Program-made: the position numbers and the translations under genes
The notes under the pieces: generated by a model
Seen by the model: only the letters and a program-made list of their open reading frames with translations
Databases searched by the model: none
Told to the model about the DNA's origin: nothing
Assembly: GCA_910586575.1 (NCBI GenBank)
Contig: CAJUJQ010000001.1
Coordinates: 11,947-75,946, forward strand
Length of the DNA stretch: 64,000 nucleotides
Source: an uncultured Clostridia bacterium
Lineage (GTDB): Bacteria; Bacillota; Clostridia; Oscillospirales; Butyricicoccaceae
Direction: 5' to 3'
Shown here: piece after piece, positions 62,309 to 64,000 of the stretch
How the letters are laid out: the number at the start of each line of letters is the position of its first letter
How positions within the stretch are numbered: the stretch's first letter is position 1

Positions 62309-63834
62309 AGGGCGTCCTCCTTGTTGTGATTTTCCGCCCAGGCAAGGGGCAGTTCCATACGGATACAGGTGCCGATATTGCGGCGGCTCACCACGCGGAA
62401 GGTGCTTCCGGGGCACAGGATTGCCAGCCGCTTGGCGACATTGACCACGCCGATGCCGGAATTCTGCCCGGCGGGCACATCCTCCAGGCGGTTGAGCCGC
62501 CTGCAAACGGCGGCGTCCATGCCGACGCCGTTGTCGGTGACGATAACACGAAGCGCGCCGCTGCGAATGCCGATTTTCACGCGGATGGAGCCTCCCTGCT
62601 CCTTGGGCACCACGCCGTGGGAGACGGCGTTTTCGACCAGCGGCTGAAGGGTAAAGGTGGGGATGCTGTACGCCTCCGGCGGGACCTCGCACTCGACCCA
62701 AAAGACCACGCGGTCGAGAAAACGGGACTCTTGAATGTACATATAACTGTACAGAATATCCAGCTCCTGCTGGATGGTTACGCGGTCCTGCCGGGTATAC
62801 AGGTTGTGGCGGAGCAGGACGGACAGCTGCTGAATCAGGGAAGCGGTTTCATCCGCGTTTTCCCGCTGCGCGGTCTGTGAAATGATGGTGAGCGTATTAA
62901 AGAGGAAATGCGGGTTAATCTGCTGCTTGAGCACGGCGAGCTTGGCGGCGGAGAGCCGGTTCTCGGCGTCGATATGCTCAAGCCGCTCCTCGTAAAGCTC
63001 GCGTGTCAGCTCTTCCTTTTCCTGCTGCGCGGTCAGCAAATTGCGGCAATCATCCTTCATACGGTTAAACGTGTGTGTCAAATCGCCGATTTCATCCACG
63101 CTGTCAACCACGCGGACATCGGGAATGTCCATCTGGTTGGCGGCAAGCGTCCGCGCGGCGTCGGCGAGCGCGATGACAGGCTGGATAATCTGTCCGGAAA
63201 ACCAGCGCTGCACCTGAAACAGGATCATCCCGGAAACGAGCAGCAGCACGGCCAGCAAGCAGGGCGCAAGGAAAAGGATCCGGCTCTGCACCTGATAGAG
63301 GGAATTCCCCTCCCGCAGGTTTTCCTGTATCATCTGTTCCAAATAGGTATCGATATAATCGCCAATCTCGACGATCTCATAATACTTGACATAGTAATCG
63401 GTGGTATGCAGCCCATAGCTCCCCATCCGGAACAACTCCCGCACCCGTTTCTCATAGGTGGCATAGGTGCGCAGGATGGCGTTTTTTAGCATCCGGGACT
63501 CCTCGCTCTGCCTGCGCGGGTCGTCAGGGAAGCGCCGGAACAGCGCCCACCCGCGCGCAAACTGGTCCTCTATCAGCCGCCGCGTCTCCTGATTCGGGGC
63601 GATCTCATATCCGGCAACCGCGCGCCCCAAATCGCTCATCGCCGTCATGGCGTCGCTTTGCAGGTAACTGGTATCAAACAGCCGCTTAAAACTGTAATTA
63701 TAGTAGGCAAGCGAAGCGGTACAGCTAAAGGAAATGACGAACAGCAGGCAAAAGGACAGCGCACCGACCGCTTTGGCTTTCATTTTGAGCGGCATTGCGC
63801 GAAGCCTTCCGGCAGCCGAAGCAAAGAAACTCAT
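62305..63834 (-). CDS. Sensor histidine kinase (YesM/LytS-type: 2 TM, HAMP, His_kinase, HATPase_c)
   Basis: 509 aa. QINPHFLFNTL phospho-acceptor box, LQPLVENAVSHG (N box) and DNGVGM...GIGVVNV (G boxes). Confidence 0.9.
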   Translation of the reverse strand: MSFFASAAGRLRAMPLKMKAKAVGALSFCLLFVISFSCTASLAYYNYSFKRLFDTSYLQSDAMTAMSDLGRAVAGYEIAPNQETRRLIEDQFARGWALFRRFPDDPRRQSEESRMLKNAILRTYATYEKRVRELFRMGSYGLHTTDYYVKYYEIVEIGDYIDTYLEQMIQENLREGNSLYQVQSRILFLAPCLLAVLLLVSGMILFQVQRWFSGQIIQPVIALADAARTLAANQMDIPDVRVVDSVDEIGDLTHTFNRMKDDCRNLLTAQQEKEELTRELYEERLEHIDAENRLSAAKLAVLKQQINPHFLFNTLTIISQTAQRENADETASLIQQLSVLLRHNLYTRQDRVTIQQELDILYSYMYIQESRFLDRVVFWVECEVPPEAYSIPTFTLQPLVENAVSHGVVPKEQGGSIRVKIGIRSGALRVIVTDNGVGMDAAVCRRLNRLEDVPAGQNSGIGVVNVAKRLAILCPGSTFRVVSRRNIGTCIRMELPLAWAENHNKEDAL

Positions 63835-64000
63835 ACAGACCCCTCCTGTCCCGATTGTACAACATCACGTTCCCCCACGCAAGGGAATTGCCCGCCTCCG
63901 GCGGAGGCAAGGGGCGCCCGACCCTCCGCAGGCATGGATGGGGGATTTCCAGCCGCCCAAAACCGCCGTCCCCCTTTGCAGGGGAGGGCTTGCTTCTCCC

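Overview
GC-rich (about 60 % by eye, not computed) chromosomal segment. It looks like Firmicutes/Clostridia: AGGAGG-type SD sites, an SLH-anchored surface protein, and FliY/FliW/CsrA/YviE-type flagellar genes. The taxon is an inference. Positions 1-30.4 kb form one minus-strand motility/chemotaxis supercluster with four parts. (i) A flgB-flgC-fliE-motB-like-fliM-fliY-cheY operon, which lacks the usual fliF...motA block. (ii) Two MCP genes flanking an EAL-HDOD protein and an 806-aa FtsA-like ATPase, plus a 205-aa unknown. (iii) fliD-fliS-fliT-like, with a divergent ComFB-like gene. (iv) cheA-cheW-cheR-cheB-flgM-flgN-flgK-flgL-yviE-like-fliW-csrA. No flagellin, fliA, motA or export-apparatus genes lie in the window. 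FlgK (1273 aa) and FliD (910 aa) are about twice the usual size because of repeat-rich insertions. Downstream, in order: a 1742-aa SLH surface protein plus hemerythrin; a LivJHMGF-type branched-chain amino-acid ABC transporter; a PadR/DUF1700/DUF4097/PspC envelope module; tepA-like, mtlD, rpmB, hprK, a PHP phosphatase and a ROK glucokinase; DUF3842; a NifX-like/Mrp pair; mntP and nhaC; the anaerobic RNR genes nrdD/nrdG; ycxB-like; and a histidine kinase / AraC-type response regulator / orphan TRAP solute-binding-protein triad. I recognised no rRNA, tRNA, CRISPR, transposase or integrase. Most notable observations: nrdD is split by a 232-bp insertion bracketed by a 12-bp direct repeat, leaving the glycyl-radical domain as a separate 64-aa ORF with its own SD. 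There are three families of intergenic repeats, two of them with terminal inverted repeats (MITE-like). Four perfect tandem DnaA boxes sit upstream of tepA-like, with a second DnaA-box/NrdR-box region upstream of nrdD. One MCP has a complete CZB zinc motif in its extracytoplasmic sensor. The FliY linker carries duplicated internal CheY-docking-like motifs. All calls come from reading the sequence and ORF translations; no database search was possible.
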